A DNA stretch of 64,000 bases from Harriotta raleighana. Its lineage: Eukaryota. The position numbers and the translations under genes are program-made. Location: positions 8,307,681-8,371,680 of the forward strand of contig JBNZDD010013714.1 in assembly GCA_050575255.1 (NCBI GenBank), given 5' to 3'. Shown here one piece after another: positions 24,745 to 38,281 of the stretch. A model generated the notes under the pieces. The model was not told the origin of the DNA, did not search any database, and worked only from the letters and a program-made list of their open reading frames with translations. Numbering within the stretch: position 1 is the stretch's first letter; each line of letters opens with the position of its first letter.

Positions 24745-25132
24745 GTGGCTGAGATGTTAAACTGATGTCCTATCTACCTGACTAATAAAATTAGCCACTA
24801 GAAAGGGAATCTACCTGTTCCGTTGAATGTAAAAGCTCTGATGACACTATTCAAAAAAAGCAGGGATATTTACCTGGTGTCTTAGCCGATTATTCTCCAA
24901 ATAAAATTAGTCACTCAATTCATGGCTGTTCAATTCAGCGCTTTGGGACGTCCTCCCGACGTGAAAAGCGCTGTACATGTGTAATTTTGTTGTTGTTGGT
25001 GGTGGGATACTGCAACTGGCTCCTGTGTTTTACTTACAAATATACACTTTACAGGAGATCATGTGAAGCACTTTGAGACATCTCAAGACGTGCTAAGGCA
25101 CTATATCAAATGCAAGTGTTCTTATTATTATT
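24745..25132 (+). mobile_element. Deu-type SINE body with a nested L2 type A tail (24936-24998)
   Basis: gagatgttaaactgatgtcctatctacct...gtaaaagctctgatgacactattcaaaaaaagcaggga; the insert splits gctgtt|ggtgggat; tail tatatcaaatgcaagtgttcttattattatt. Confidence 0.7.
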
Positions 25133-26039
25133 TATAGTGCTGTATGTGGAACTATCCCCTTGGAAATTAGGTGAGATCAGTGATTGAAGTTCATGATAGA
25201 ATATACTTTGAATGGTCTATGGAAGGAATGAGTTGAATGACCTTTTCTCATTCCAGGTGATCCTGCTTTTAAGCACTATAGTTTGGCATTATTAAGTCCT
25301 GATTTCATGTCATGGCTGGGCTACTTTAAAATGCAACAGTGTCACAGAATTTTAATGAAAGGCCAATAGTTAAAGATGCAGGCGTTTCAATTAAGTAATA
25401 AAGATATAATCTTTCTGTTTACAGAAAAATAATTAGCTATATTAATATTATAGAAAGTGAAAAAGGAACAAATGGTGCAATGGTTATAGATTTATGAAAT
25501 AATCGAATCTAACCAAGATTTGGTTATTGGAAAATGAATTGTTCACAAATTCTTATGTAGTACTTTCTTAACTATAATATACAAGTATAATGTTGCTGAA
25601 TTGAAGCCAAATGTACCTTAACCTTATTGATCTCTTGTAAATTATTTTGCTATTTTGTTCACAATGACAGCATAACAAATATTTAAATGAAGGATTGAAC
25701 GCTTGCTGTTGATGTCCTATACATATATATTTTTAATGCCTTTCACGCTGTACAATCTTATCCCTTTAGGGAAAAGTAGGGAAAGTCACTGCGCAAGATC
25801 TATCATTTATTTTAGTTCATTTGCAAAGTAGATTGAAGATCTGCTTGGCTCGGAATAATTTCATATGTGCTGTGTATATCCGTGCAAGAGATTCCCGCTT
25901 CACAATGAGAAAACATGGCATTTATTTCTTGAAAAATTAATACCGTGCTTCAAAAAAAGCGCCTGGGAATTTAACAACATTTAAGTGCTCAAACTCATTT
26001 TGTAATTGGTGTCAAATAGCTTCAAAAGGATGACCACTG

Positions 26040-26730
26040 TCTTTTTTTTGTTTCGAGGAGATTCTAAATGCATCTGACAAAGCTGTTACACCATTAATAA
26101 ACCAGTTACATAAGTATCAGTGGGTGCCCTGAATGCTTTGCTTGTAAAACAAGAGATCACCTTGGGCAGCTGCTGTGTCTCTGGCGGACTAGATGCACTC
26201 AGACCTGATCAGCAGCCATTGTGACAACTTCATTCATCTGCCACCTGCTAGCTGTCAATCACAGCACAATCCTGAGGTCAGTGACAAGGCTTCAAGCCGG
26301 CTTGAAATGCACTTGTCAAGACGCCTTCTCGGAAGGAAGTTCTGAATTTTGCTTTCCTTTCGAAACTGGAACATATCTCTTCTGTCTGACCTTGTCCTAG
26401 AAGAGCTGTATATTTTTGAATGCAGTGATTTATGGGATTTCTGTCTGAAGGAATCACTCGGGAGTGCTGTGACATAAAGCTGGTCAGAAACAGATGAAAA
26501 TCCACTGAGTATTTTCTGAGGGCAGGTGCGAGGAAGTTTCCCCTTGTATTTAACTATCTTTATTAGCAGATTGACGTTGTCAAATAAAACATTCATTGTG
26601 CCTTTGGTTTAGTTCTTAAATAATGCAAAACTCCAGAATAGAACACATGTTGCTGTGACACACGGGTGTGAATGACAAGGGAATTAATTAACACCCGATT
26701 CCAGAAATTGGCAGAAACGATGACAAGCAC
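26040..26730. promoter_or_regulatory. Candidate conserved enhancer (PBX/MEIS/HOX motif cluster)
   Basis: TGATTGACAG on the - strand (26252-26261), TGATTTATGG (26426-26435) and many TGACA sites in repeat-free sequence. Conservation not tested. Confidence 0.5.
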
Positions 26731-26768
26731 AAAAGTGAGGCTCCACAGATGTGCATAATCTTCTCACA

Positions 26769-27590
26769 AACACAACAACAACAAAAGTACATTTGTATAG
26801 CGCCTTTCATGTCGGGAGGATGTCCCAAGGCATTCAACAGTTAGTGTTTCAGACTCGAGCTGGGGTCAGGATCGAGGAGGGTGGAGGGAATGAAAAGGAA
26901 GGGTGGGTGACCGATGGCATGGTCGAAGAGGAGGGTCTTGAGGCGGGACTTGAAGGAGGCTAGGAAGGAATGAGGTGGAGGGATTGGTAGCGGTTAGGAG
27001 GTCGCAGAGGTAAGTGGTGCAAGGCTATGTGGGGGGGCTTTAAAAGTGAGGACCAGGATCTTGAATTGAATCCTCTGAGTAATGGGAAGTCAGCGGAGTC
27101 GGGCGAGAACAGGGCTGATAGGGTCATGGAGCTTGGTGCGAGAGAGGACATGGGCTGCAGAATTCTGGATAATCTGCAGCCTGTGGGGGAGGAGTTGGGG
27201 AGGCTATCAAACAGGATGTTGGCATAATTGAGCCTGGACGTGATGGAAGCACGAATGAGAGTTTCAGCAGCCTGAGAGGTGAGGCAGTGGCAGAGTCAGG
27301 CACTGTTGCAGCCATGAGGGAAGGCAGCGCAGGTCAGTGCATGGATGTGGGGGAGAGAAGACAATTGACGATCGAACAAGACACCTAGGTTGTTGACTGG
27401 CTTGGTGAGGTGGAGTGTTTGTCCATGGCGGTTGAGGCTGCAAATGTCTGAGGTACCTCAGGAGGGCCTCAGTCTTGTTGACATTCAACTATAGAAAGTT
27501 AGCTCTCATCCTGGAATTGATGTCTGACAGGCAGTCTGTCAGGACAGCAGTGGTCCTGGAATCGAGGGCGGAGGCAGAAAGATAACAGTT
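26769..27590 (-). mobile_element. 5'-truncated, internally deleted L2 LINE (end of RT, C-terminus, type A tail)
   Basis: The minus strand reads ...LTDCLSDINSRMRANFL*LNVNKTEALL...AETLIRASITSRLNYANILF...QRIQFKIL. Tail ccttgggacatcctcccgacatgaaaggcgctatacaaatg...(TTG)n. Confidence 0.9.
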
Positions 27591-30500
27591 CCTTTCCAGA
27601 AGTGCAAAAGTGTTAAATGTTTGTGAAAGTGACAATCCTTGTTCTGACAGAGTCTTTTATTAACTGTAGGAAATCTGCTTTGCCAGTTTGGCCAAGAACT
27701 CAGATTTCTGATTCATAACCATTTGCAAAACAAGAGTGTGTTTTTTTTGTATATTCTCCATACACTCTGAAATCCATGATTCACCCAAGGATGCAGACCA
27801 CTTTTCCACCCACTGTTTCCTTGCCTGGGGCCCAGGATGAGCATCAAAACAATTATTATATCAGGAAGAATTCTTTGACCTTTCTTCATTCATTTAAAAG
27901 GCCTTTTTTGATTTTTTTTAATGTGTAAGACTGATTAATGCTCCCAATGAATCCAAATCAACTCACCAGCAAAAGGTAGCTTCCTTGTTCTCCATTTACA
28001 CATTGCTTACATGAAGCAGGCAATGATTCCAAAAGGTATTTTTTCATTTACATTCACATGCACAAAAATATTACTCAGTATTTGTAGTGTCTGCTAAACA
28101 CAAGGGCTACAGAAACGGAGCCCATGTCAACCAATTAAACTTGAAATGTAATTCTGAAACCAAAGTTTGAGGAATTCTCTAAAACTATTAACAATTATGT
28201 CATAACCTGAAATCATCATCCTTATGATTTGACCTGAGTTTCAGCATTCATTTCTATAACAGTTCAGGCAAACTGCAAAAATACAGTGTCTTTGATCTCT
28301 CAATCTTAATTCTTAGCTGCATCCACAAACTAGCTCTTTTTTTTAGGTCCTTGGACAGTTTCTGCCCAAGTGTCTTACACCAAGTTTGAAATGAAATGGT
28401 TTCAAACCATTTCCAGGTCAAACCAGTTCCGATTAGTCCTGATTGGTCCGTATTTACAGTGCTAAAGTGAGCCAGATTAACATTCAACCAATGTTTATGC
28501 TGACACTAAGATGAGAAGTTTTCTGACAGATGTATCAGTGGGAAGTCATGGATAATATGTGCGAATAGAGCTATTTTTTTCAGCACAATGTCATCATTAT
28601 CTGCCTGGCCCTGAAACTGGAGAAATGCGTAAAAAGGAGGGAAGAATATGGTTAGGGAGGGGTTGGAAAAACATTCAATTCTGTGGACTAACATCAATTT
28701 TATCATCATTTCTCATCTCTTGAAAAACATGCACACACAGCTTAACCAATCATTCATCTTCAAGCAGTCACTGCTTCCCAAGTGGCGTTAAAGCCCCTCC
28801 TCACCCTACCTGACAAGCATGTTCATTAAGAACAGTAAGTGTCCCAGATCTGGAGATCAGAAATGGCACAAACATGTTCAGACTGCATTAACCAATCAAA
28901 CTGAGGGAAGTGTCTGTGCTTTGTGCTGCCAAATCTATTTCCCTGCTGCTTGTCTGTAATCAGGTAGGTAGAGGCGACTGGGCCAAGCTGGTACTGTCCT
29001 AGCCTGTCCTCTGGGAAGATGGTTTATTGTCAGTTCCCTGATGACCCCCAAGTCCCCATGTTCAGCCCCATCTCCTTTCAATTGTTTCATCAGCCAAAAG
29101 CCGGTTTCTCACACCCGATAAGTGACAAGGCTCAGACTCCCGCTGACTGGATAATCAAAGTCTTGTCAGAGCTGTCAATATCCTGCAGATAGGATAGGAC
29201 ACGGTGAGGAGAAGTATCTGAAGCAGCCTCAGTCTTCACACCTCCCACGGAAAAATACGATGCAAAAAACATGAGTAAATGCAACTGGCTGCACTTAATG
29301 TTTGTCATAAGGAGGGATTAATCGATTGTATTCCTTTGGGACGCAGAACACACAGGCTCCACTGGTTAGTTAAGAATCTATCCACTTCTAAAGCATGACC
29401 CTGCTATACCTTATAAGCCTTGATTTACTGAATTATATTTTGTGTAACCTTTAGTTGGAAGCCAGTGTACTTTCAGCCTCATTAATTGTTAAATTAGTAA
29501 AACTTTCAATTAAAATATCAGTGGTAATACTAACGAACAAAAAAAAAATTAATTTTCTCTGCTTACAATTTCAGGAATTTTGTGAATATTCCTCTATTGC
29601 CATTTAAAATATAACTAGGTTATTTCTCTTCCCCCACAGCTCTCCTTTGCTCCCTCCTTTCCACACCTCTCCCCCCTCCCCGACCCCTCTTTCCTAATTC
29701 TTCGCTCACATCAGTCAGATTTTCATCATACTTATTGAGATATTGAACACAGAATAGAGTATCCAAACTCTTGGCCCCTCAAAGCTTTTATTTGTATGGA
29801 TTCCTAAAATTCTCTGGAAGTTAAAATAGGAAATTGAATTACTTTTTTGTTCCTGAAAAGAAATTGGGAATATTGAGGTGATAGCAATTACTAACATGAA
29901 TGAAATCATGCAGAGGATAATATGCAGCCATGGGCTGGCTTATTTTGATGAAATGTGATGGTTATACTGAGACACAGTATATGAATAGTTTGTCATAATA
30001 AGCAGAATATACAGACTGAACAGACTCCTCAGGTGAGCAGGCAGTGACAGTACTTATAATTAAAAACGATGGATGAATGACATCAGTAGTCAAAAATTAC
30101 AGGTTTATTCTCATGTGGATTCTGACTTCTGAATAAAAAAAGATATAAGGCTATTTTCCTAAAATATACCAGAGGTGTTAGCCTGCTGTATAAATTATGG
30201 AATAGTAGTAACTGGATCTGAATGCTTTGAAGACGCCTCAGTTTTAAAGGATGTGGTTATCGTTTTTAACTCTTTCTCTGCAAAATACAACAAGTTATGC
30301 CGGTGTGTCTTTTCAGTATTCCATTTGATAATCTATTTACTTGATTCAAAACGATTAATATCAGAGGTGAGGTTGCATTCTCTGACATTGTTTTTGCACA
30401 GCTGTCGTGTAAGTGCATCTTTCCACTCAGAGCAGAAACCCATGACGTGGCTTCTGTTGTTTGCTGGAGTGCAGTGCAATCCAGAGAGATGCCAGGAAAG

Positions 30501-32385
30501 ACATGTGCAGAGGAAAGACCAGAGTGAGCTACCAAAGCCTCTGTTTGTATTATGAAATTTAATCCAGGTGTACATTCAACTTGGCATAATGTCATTCCTG
30601 CTAAATCAATTATTCACCTAATAAAGACCATGGGTTTGCCACTGGTTATAGAGAAGAATTGCAGTCAGTTCAGTACTGCATGTAGGAGCCTCTGGTAATG
30701 TCTTGCAATACCAGCAGAACATTGAAGCCTGAAAGACTCCTGTTTGTGTTATATCATGCTGTGGTCCTTATGTGGATTTCTGCTGTGCATTTTTAGCAGT
30801 GATCCAAGCTGTGACCTTCCAAGGTTCCTTTTCTCACCATTATTCGGCTTACACCACTTCCCTCTCTCCGACTTCCAGGTGCTAGAACAAACAGGGTGAA
30901 CGTTAGCTTGGAAGAAAGTGCAGCCTGCTCAAGTATTTTTGTGCCACACTGCCACAGTCAAATCCCATGCCATTAGCATTGCAAAACACACCCCTGTTGC
31001 AATGCTCTTTCCCAGCTGTCTCCTAGCTCAATTACAGCAGCCTGCTCTCCTGCCATCCACCTAGCATCAGAAGAAATCTAACAAATATCTGGGAAATATG
31101 AAAGGTTTTGATATAAATTTGTAGAGCGGGGGGGTGGGGGGGTTGTGTGTGTGTGTGTTGGGGGGGCATGGGTGGAGAGATGGGGGATTATATATTATTT
31201 TATTTATTCCGTGATTTAAATGTTCTGAGTTTTCCACCAGTATTCTCTGAACAGTGCCCTATCACATTGTTATACACAGTGATCAGGATCATGCTGGCAT
31301 TTTTCCAAAACAATTGAAAGTGTCAAAATATAATTGCATGCTGAAAACACGAGCAATGTGTGGTGAAATGATCAGAGCCCAATAGACAGTCAAAGGTCAT
31401 TATTTTTTCAGAAATAGAAACTTTAAGATGCATTTTTCTCTATTACTATATATTCACAAAGAGTCCAGCCTTTCTCTCCCTTTTATAGATTTATTTACAG
31501 CCTTATTGCACAATCAGAATAACCATTGTTTCAATGCCGCTGTTCCCACGTTCTTTCCAGACAGTTTCTGAAGTAAAATATTCCCTCCTGTTCCAAAGTA
31601 GTGCATGAAAGCTAATAAAGCTCCCAATGCGTGATGAAAGACAGGCCAGATTCTTTTCAGAGTACACAAATACAACAGGCAGAATCTGGGCTGCTGTTCT
31701 GCCATTACAGGGGTTGAGATTAGTCAGTTTCTGGTTTTGCACAAGAAGGACCACCCTGAGATAGCAGAGTATTCTACTTCATCAGAAGGCAGAGATTGAC
31801 ATTAATGACCCTGCTGCATTGCTTTCTTATGGAGTAGTATCATCGGTGGTCCCACAGGCCTCTGCAGCCTGGACCACTCCACACTTCCAGATGACGGTAA
31901 CTGCTGGAAAGCATTTTCTCTGGAAAGGTGCAGAAATTCACAGTTGGAAATATGCGACTGATAGCCATTAATCTCATTGTGCTTTGTATACCTCGACAGT
32001 ACTAACCCTTTTCGGAGGGTGTTTGAACAAAACGACCATCGATGGAAAAGAATCTGAAGAAATGCGGGTTCCACGGAATAAACAGAATGAGCACAATTCA
32101 GTTCTTCACAGGCACATTTTTCAGATACAGTACCTAAATTGCCATGTCAACTGTGTACGGGTGTGTGTTCATCACAGTCCTGGTCAAAAGGCAGCATTTC
32201 GATAATATTAGCAAACTATTAATAAACTTTTTTTTTTACATTTGGTTTGCTGTGAGGAATTCTCAAATAACTCAATCTGTGACAAGGCATGGATTTGTTG
32301 AGAATCCCGTTTGTTGGTGATTTTTAAATGCTTGGGATTTCTAAATTGGAAAGGGCTTTGCACAAACTGCCACTAGGGCTAAAGG

Positions 32386-32703
32386 TGCGCAATTTGGCTG
32401 CCGCGTTTCACCCCAGATATACACCTGGTTTTCCTTCTCTCTTCCTCCTACCCCAACCCCTCCCCTTGCCCTCTTTCCCCCTTTCATCCCTGGCCCTCTC
32501 GCTTCCATGACTGTTTGTGGGACACTGCTGTGCGCAATTTGGCTGCCGCGTTTCACCCACAAATATACAGTCGGTTTTTCCTGCTTTTCTTCCCCTGACC
32601 CCTCCCCCCACTTGACTGTACAGCGCCTTGGGACGTCCTCCTGACGTGAAAGGCGCTATATAAATATAATATATAAATAAAATAAATAAATAAATAAAAA
32701 ATA
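32386..32703 (+). mobile_element. Composite SINE fragment: duplicated Deu-like module, L2 type A stem-loop and (TAAA)n tail
   Basis: gtgcgcaatttggctgccgcgtttcaccc occurs at 32386 and again at ~32530; perfect stem-loop at 32623-32656; CpGs retained. Confidence 0.8.
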
Positions 32704-34249
32704 AGGGAAGCTGTCTGACATTAGCCTTGTTCACCTACAAAATACACAGTCATTGCACTTTACAGTGTGAATCCTGCAAATACTTAGATCCTCCTGACGT
32801 GAAGTAAATACTCTGTGAGGATTTTTATAATTTTTAGTTATTATTATTATATTAACAATTCAGATATTTCAAGTCAGAATTGCTCTCCTCTGCATGAATC
32901 CGTTGTTGAGATCAGAATGTCGGGGAAACCAAGACTTCAGATACATAGTTTTACATCCAGAGGATGGCACGCAGTGACTGCAATTCTTGAGTATCTTTAT
33001 TAAATGAGCAATTTTGGACCTGCTCACTCCCATTAGCGGAATTAGGCCGAAACGTTCCACTTAGGGAATCAAGGATTTTTAAAGAAAATGTTGAGGGCTT
33101 CGACTAGGAAGTGAAGGGTGCAGATTTGTATCTCAAATCCATCTTTTATCTCTAGTATCTTCTGTTTTTGCCACCGGTGGAGTTTAAAACCAACAGTGGA
33201 AGATGTGACTGAGTTGCTCTTGGCTGAGGCAGCAGCAGCCCCTGGAGCAGTTGAACAGAAAATTGGTGAAGTTTCTCACACATGCCAGTGAGTGGGGTTC
33301 AGTGCTGACCATTAGACTCACGAGAACATCACTTCCTTGCGTGAAATGTCAGATCTCTTGGCCTCGTAATTCAACCGCGTACGTTTTCACCAGTTCTTTA
33401 AAACAGACTCAAATAGCTAATATTCTTAAAATTAATTTCAAATCAGTTTCTGTTGTCTAAGCATTCATTTAATTAATTATGATCTGGAATCAATCACTCT
33501 AGAGTTGATTGAGGTTAACTGAATCATTGGAAAGAAATTTAAACTGGCTGGCTGGGACATTCACTGCAGTTAAATTTATAGTAAAAGATGCCCCTTGTCC
33601 AGGAGAATAGGTGTCTATATAAGGTTCTGTGACATTGCTTTCGAGCAGCAATATTACTGCTTAGGGATGCCAGAACTTATGGCTGTCAGCAGCTCCTTCA
33701 ATTGATAGTTTTAAAATGCTACTGCCAGTACTACAAGTAAAGGCTGGAAATGATCAAATAAACCTTGTCGCCTTTTATGTCACCACCTTTTTCTCTTGGT
33801 GCTCCAGTACTAAGACTGAAAATGTTAAGGATTTCATACCTCGGTCTAACCACCGTGTCTTCCGTGTAAGGAATCAGACTTCACTGCCTACATTCACAGC
33901 TTATTTAGTAAAAGAGGCTTCTCAAAATAAAAAAAACACTTGCTCCACTGACTACAAGGACTTGTGTCGCAATCTCTCACTTGGCCCCTTTATTTCATTT
34001 GATTGATCTCCTGATCTCCTGATTTACACTTATTCCCTTTATTCCTGATAAAACTGCTCAGCCGTGTTAAACACGCCTTACCTCAAAATGCTTTGGAAAA
34101 TATCCTGATAGGAAAATATTATGCACACCCCCCCATATTTAAAGAAATCTGATGCAAAAAGGAATGAGATGTACGATCAATGAATACTCAGGGAGTTTGG
34201 ATGAGGGAGGCGTGTTGGTTAGGACACTGGCCGAGCTTTCTACTGTTTA

Positions 34250-34470
34250 ATAATCGTTGCATTTATTGAAATCTCCCAGGCACTTCAGAGTTTTCTGTAA
34301 AATGTAGTGACTATTTTTTAGGCGGATGCATCAGTCAATTTACATATAACAATTTTCCACATAGAGCCATGAAGCGAATGACCAATTTTATCTGTGGGAT
34401 TTTGTTGGCCGGGACATCTCAGTATGTGGATTCCGTACAAGGTGTTGGCCTTTGTACAACAAGGCATCAT
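34250..34470 (-). mobile_element. Degenerate Deu-type SINE
   Basis: aataatcgttgcattta...gcacttcagag...gtagtgacta...aatgaccaatttta...tgttggccgggaca is the reverse complement of a Deu body and tail. Confidence 0.55.
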
Positions 34471-36907
34471 TTAAAGCAACTTTCCAAATTCATTTATCTT
34501 CTTGAACGTCAAAGAAAAAAAAATCGATCCTCTGATAAATCCAGACTTCAATTATATTGGGATTAAAGATGAGGCAGAGAATGGCTATAAAAAGGTCCAG
34601 ATGAATTCAAAGAAATTAAAAACTAATTTAGATGATATTTTGAAGCAGTTCAATTTCTTCTTTTTAAAAAGGAAAGCAAGCATAAACTGATTTGTATGAA
34701 ATGTTATATGCCACTTCAGGAATCTATAGCAAAATGAGATACCATCAAAAGTGTACTCTGATCATCTTTAGAAAATCAACAGTTTAATCCGGGTTGTAAT
34801 GTAAGATCTATTTCCGGTCATCTCCATAGAATCTCCCTGAGCGATAATTGTTTTAGAACGTTACAATTCACCGTGTGACTTACTGTTTCATTAAAGATGT
34901 TGAGAAAAAACTCTCCCCAGGCAAAAGCAATATAGCTATGAAGTTGCAACAATTGTAGTTTGGCTGGAAATATGAGTAAACCGGGAGAAGGCCAAAACCG
35001 CAAGAACGTAAGGCAATCCGTGCCAGTAAGATTTCCATCGAACTCACCTAATTGTGTCATAGAATGTGCTGCAACTCTTACAGCTATGGTGGTCAGAAAA
35101 GCAGCCATACTCAAACTGAAACCCAAACATGGTGGTCTCATTCACAAAACAACTGACATCACACACAGAAGAGAAGATGTACTATTGACTTCCAGGCAAG
35201 CTAAATGTAAGGATTCATTCTGTGTCAATAGAGCCCAATAAGTGCTCCTCAATTTGTTTCAAATGAGTATGCAGAATCCATGTGGAATTACATTCTAACA
35301 ACAGATTTTGAGCCATCAGTCCACCATGAACACTTCTGCCATCTTATTTTATCTCCTGAAGTGAGGTTCTATTTAGAAAAGGTTTGATTGATAAAAGTTT
35401 GCCCTCTTCTCCCAAAAGTTAAAACTGCTAGATCTCAACCCCAACACCCCATTCTGCACAAGTCACCCCTGAACAGTTATCTTCCTTTAGACTGCCATTT
35501 GCCATGCCGTCCCAGAATAGGTCAACCCTAATTGGCTAACTGCACAAATCCTGTAATTAGTCTAGCGGTTTAATGCAATGGTCATTTTGGGGCATCAAGG
35601 AGTGATCCACGAAACACCCACACCCCAGGCAAGCCCGTCCAAAATCAATACCTTGTTTCTAGTAGCTACCGAGTGACCATACCCATGGTGTGGCCATAAA
35701 TGAAGAAGAATTCAATAAAGAAACACTTATTTGATTGTCCAACCCAAAAAGATTGGCCACCACTGATTTATTCATTTCTATCTCACAAGATCGGTTTGGA
35801 TGAAAACGATGCCTTGATCTCATCCTTCCAGAATACCCATTCCATCATCATCCCTTCACAGCATCGAACTTGTTTAAATGAATCTAGTAAATTTAGTTTA
35901 TCCTTGTAATCCTCAATCCATTTCTAAACATATTTATGTTGACAGACACATTTATTGTTGTAGCTGAGTATTCCAGGTACCCACTATTCCTGATGAGCAA
36001 GGGGGAAAATCCATTTCATTTCATGATTTAATTGAGGCTTGTTAATTTTATACTTGTCTTCCAATCTGTGCTCACAGTCAAGCAAACTTCAGTCATATAT
36101 TAGACTTTGTACATTCTACAGTCTGACAGTGAAAGTAAAGCTGTCAAAGTCTCTGGCTCTGAGGATATTATACTCTTCAAACTTTATTTTCACCTTTCAG
36201 CTATAGCCTTAAATCTCAAATCTCCTGAATGCTTTGATTCCAGAGCAGTAAGATCAGAGATTAGTGATTCACAAGCACTAAATATTCTGTTACAGATATT
36301 TCTGAGTTGCTTCATGAAACTGATTGACAAACTAGTTTTTGTTTGCTTACATGCACAATGATTGAAACAGATCAGAAAACTTTATCATCATTTGTATGTG
36401 TCAATCGGCCCTCCAGATCTTCTCCTTCCCCATCAAAACATGTTGGCAGCATTTCAAGAGCACAGAGCCCTTGACAGTCTTTTGTGTTGTTTACTCACTG
36501 GACACTACATTGTACATTTCTACAGTGACTTCTGATTTATGAGTGACTAACTATTAGGCAGGTCATTTCTCTTCACTATCTATAGTTGGTTTTCAGGAAG
36601 AAACAGCAATGCAAAACCAGGGCATATTGAAACAACAGCCTGACGCACACCCAAACCAAATATTAATCGTTTATCATCAAAACTACCTAAGTACTACTGT
36701 ATAAATGTAAACGGAAATTCTCTTTTGATTAAAACTCCAACCTTTCAGACAACTACTTTTAAGCAAAATTGTTTGTAGAACCCTGATATACTGTACCTCT
36801 TGACTGAGTTATTTTCAAACTAAAACTCTTAAGTCATAAGACATGAAATCTGGGAGTTATTAAACCTTTATACTATTTAAAAGCACTAGTTGAATCTGTA
36901 AGGCAAG

Positions 36908-37055
36908 TGTTGGTTTGGCTCAATTGAAAGTGCTTTTTGCTCAGAAGATCAACACCAGAGTTTTTACACTTAATCTAATCTGAGTGTCACTGAGGGAGCG
37001 CTGAATTGTCAGAGATGACATGCTTCATATGATACATTGAACCAAAGACTAATGT
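36908..37055 (+). mobile_element. Degenerate Deu-type SINE 5' part
   Basis: ttggctcaattgaaagtgct...cactgagggagcgctgaattgtcagagatg...gatacattgaaccaaagac. Confidence 0.55.
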
Positions 37056-38281
37056 AGTGGATCATAACAACAATATACTCACTTGGCCAGTATTTGCATG
37101 TGTACCTCAATTATGCTGTCACCTCAAGGAAAGGCTCCTGAGCTAAACCCTTTATAAAATCTATCCCATCCAAACTTTTGTAATCTAAGTTCTCAATCAC
37201 ACCAAAGTTTGCACACTCATTAAGCCTATTCTTGTCAAGTTTAAAGGAATGATTTTACATATTGCAATTGTCACCTCACTTCTTGAAATATATTTCTTAA
37301 AAATATATCTCTGATCACAACTTTTTGGCCAATACCCCTAATTCTCCATTTTCCCTCTTCTTTGCTTTCCATTACATGTGTTCAACACTGTCGGGCATTG
37401 AGTTGTGTGAAATTGTATGAATGCAAGCACTGTACTTCTTGTTATATCTCAACTCTGTGTAATAGAACTTAATTTGAAATTGAGAGTTTCTGCATTGAAC
37501 TTTTCAAAAAGAAACAGTTTTAAAGAGCAATTTCTTAGTAATGCTGAGTTGAAAATCAATATTATTGGTAGAAATGTGAGTTTCTGATAAAAGCAGGACT
37601 TCAGTTGAGAAATCTTACAGGCACTTAAGAGGAATTGAGTAAGCCTGTCTAATATGATAAGTGCAATCTACTTTGAAAAACAAGGTTAAAATGACAAAAC
37701 GTAAATTTCTCAATGTAGAATTTTTTTTTAGATCTTTAATTTAAAGTAAGGAAATGCATTCAAAGGTAGGAAAAGAAAAACAGAGCAGAAGATTTTTGGA
37801 TTGTTTTCAAATATTCTTTATGATTTTTTCCTTCTTTTTTACTATTTGTATAAGTTGCACATTATTTATGACGGAATATTGTTCGTGCTTTGCAAGCATG
37901 AACGTGTGCATGCGTAATCGCTTGTGAAAGTTTGGTAATGTGAGCAATCAGTGTCTGAAGTTAGGGTTGAGCTGCCACTTATATAATTTGCACGACAGAA
38001 AAGTCTGCTAAACAATATATTTGGCTACACTGGAGAATGACGATAACGCACACAAATCGGTGACTATCTTTATTGTAGAATATGGTAAGATGGAGCTCAA
38101 ACCAGACCAATAGTTTTCTATCACTACTGCAGCTAACATGCAAAGCTGAGAGTTCATTAAGTGGCTATGGATCCTGATCATGGTCGGGGATTGGGACAAT
38201 TTCTGGGCAACTATGGCTATTCTGCAAAATGTTAGTGTCTTTCCAATGTACCTGCAAATGCCTGTGTTTTATAACATAAAG

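Noticed and set aside
30175-30595. Overlapping 126/109/80-aa ORFs (and similar ORFs at 34818-35241)
   Set aside because: No domain similarity or exon structure recognised; consistent with random ORFs.
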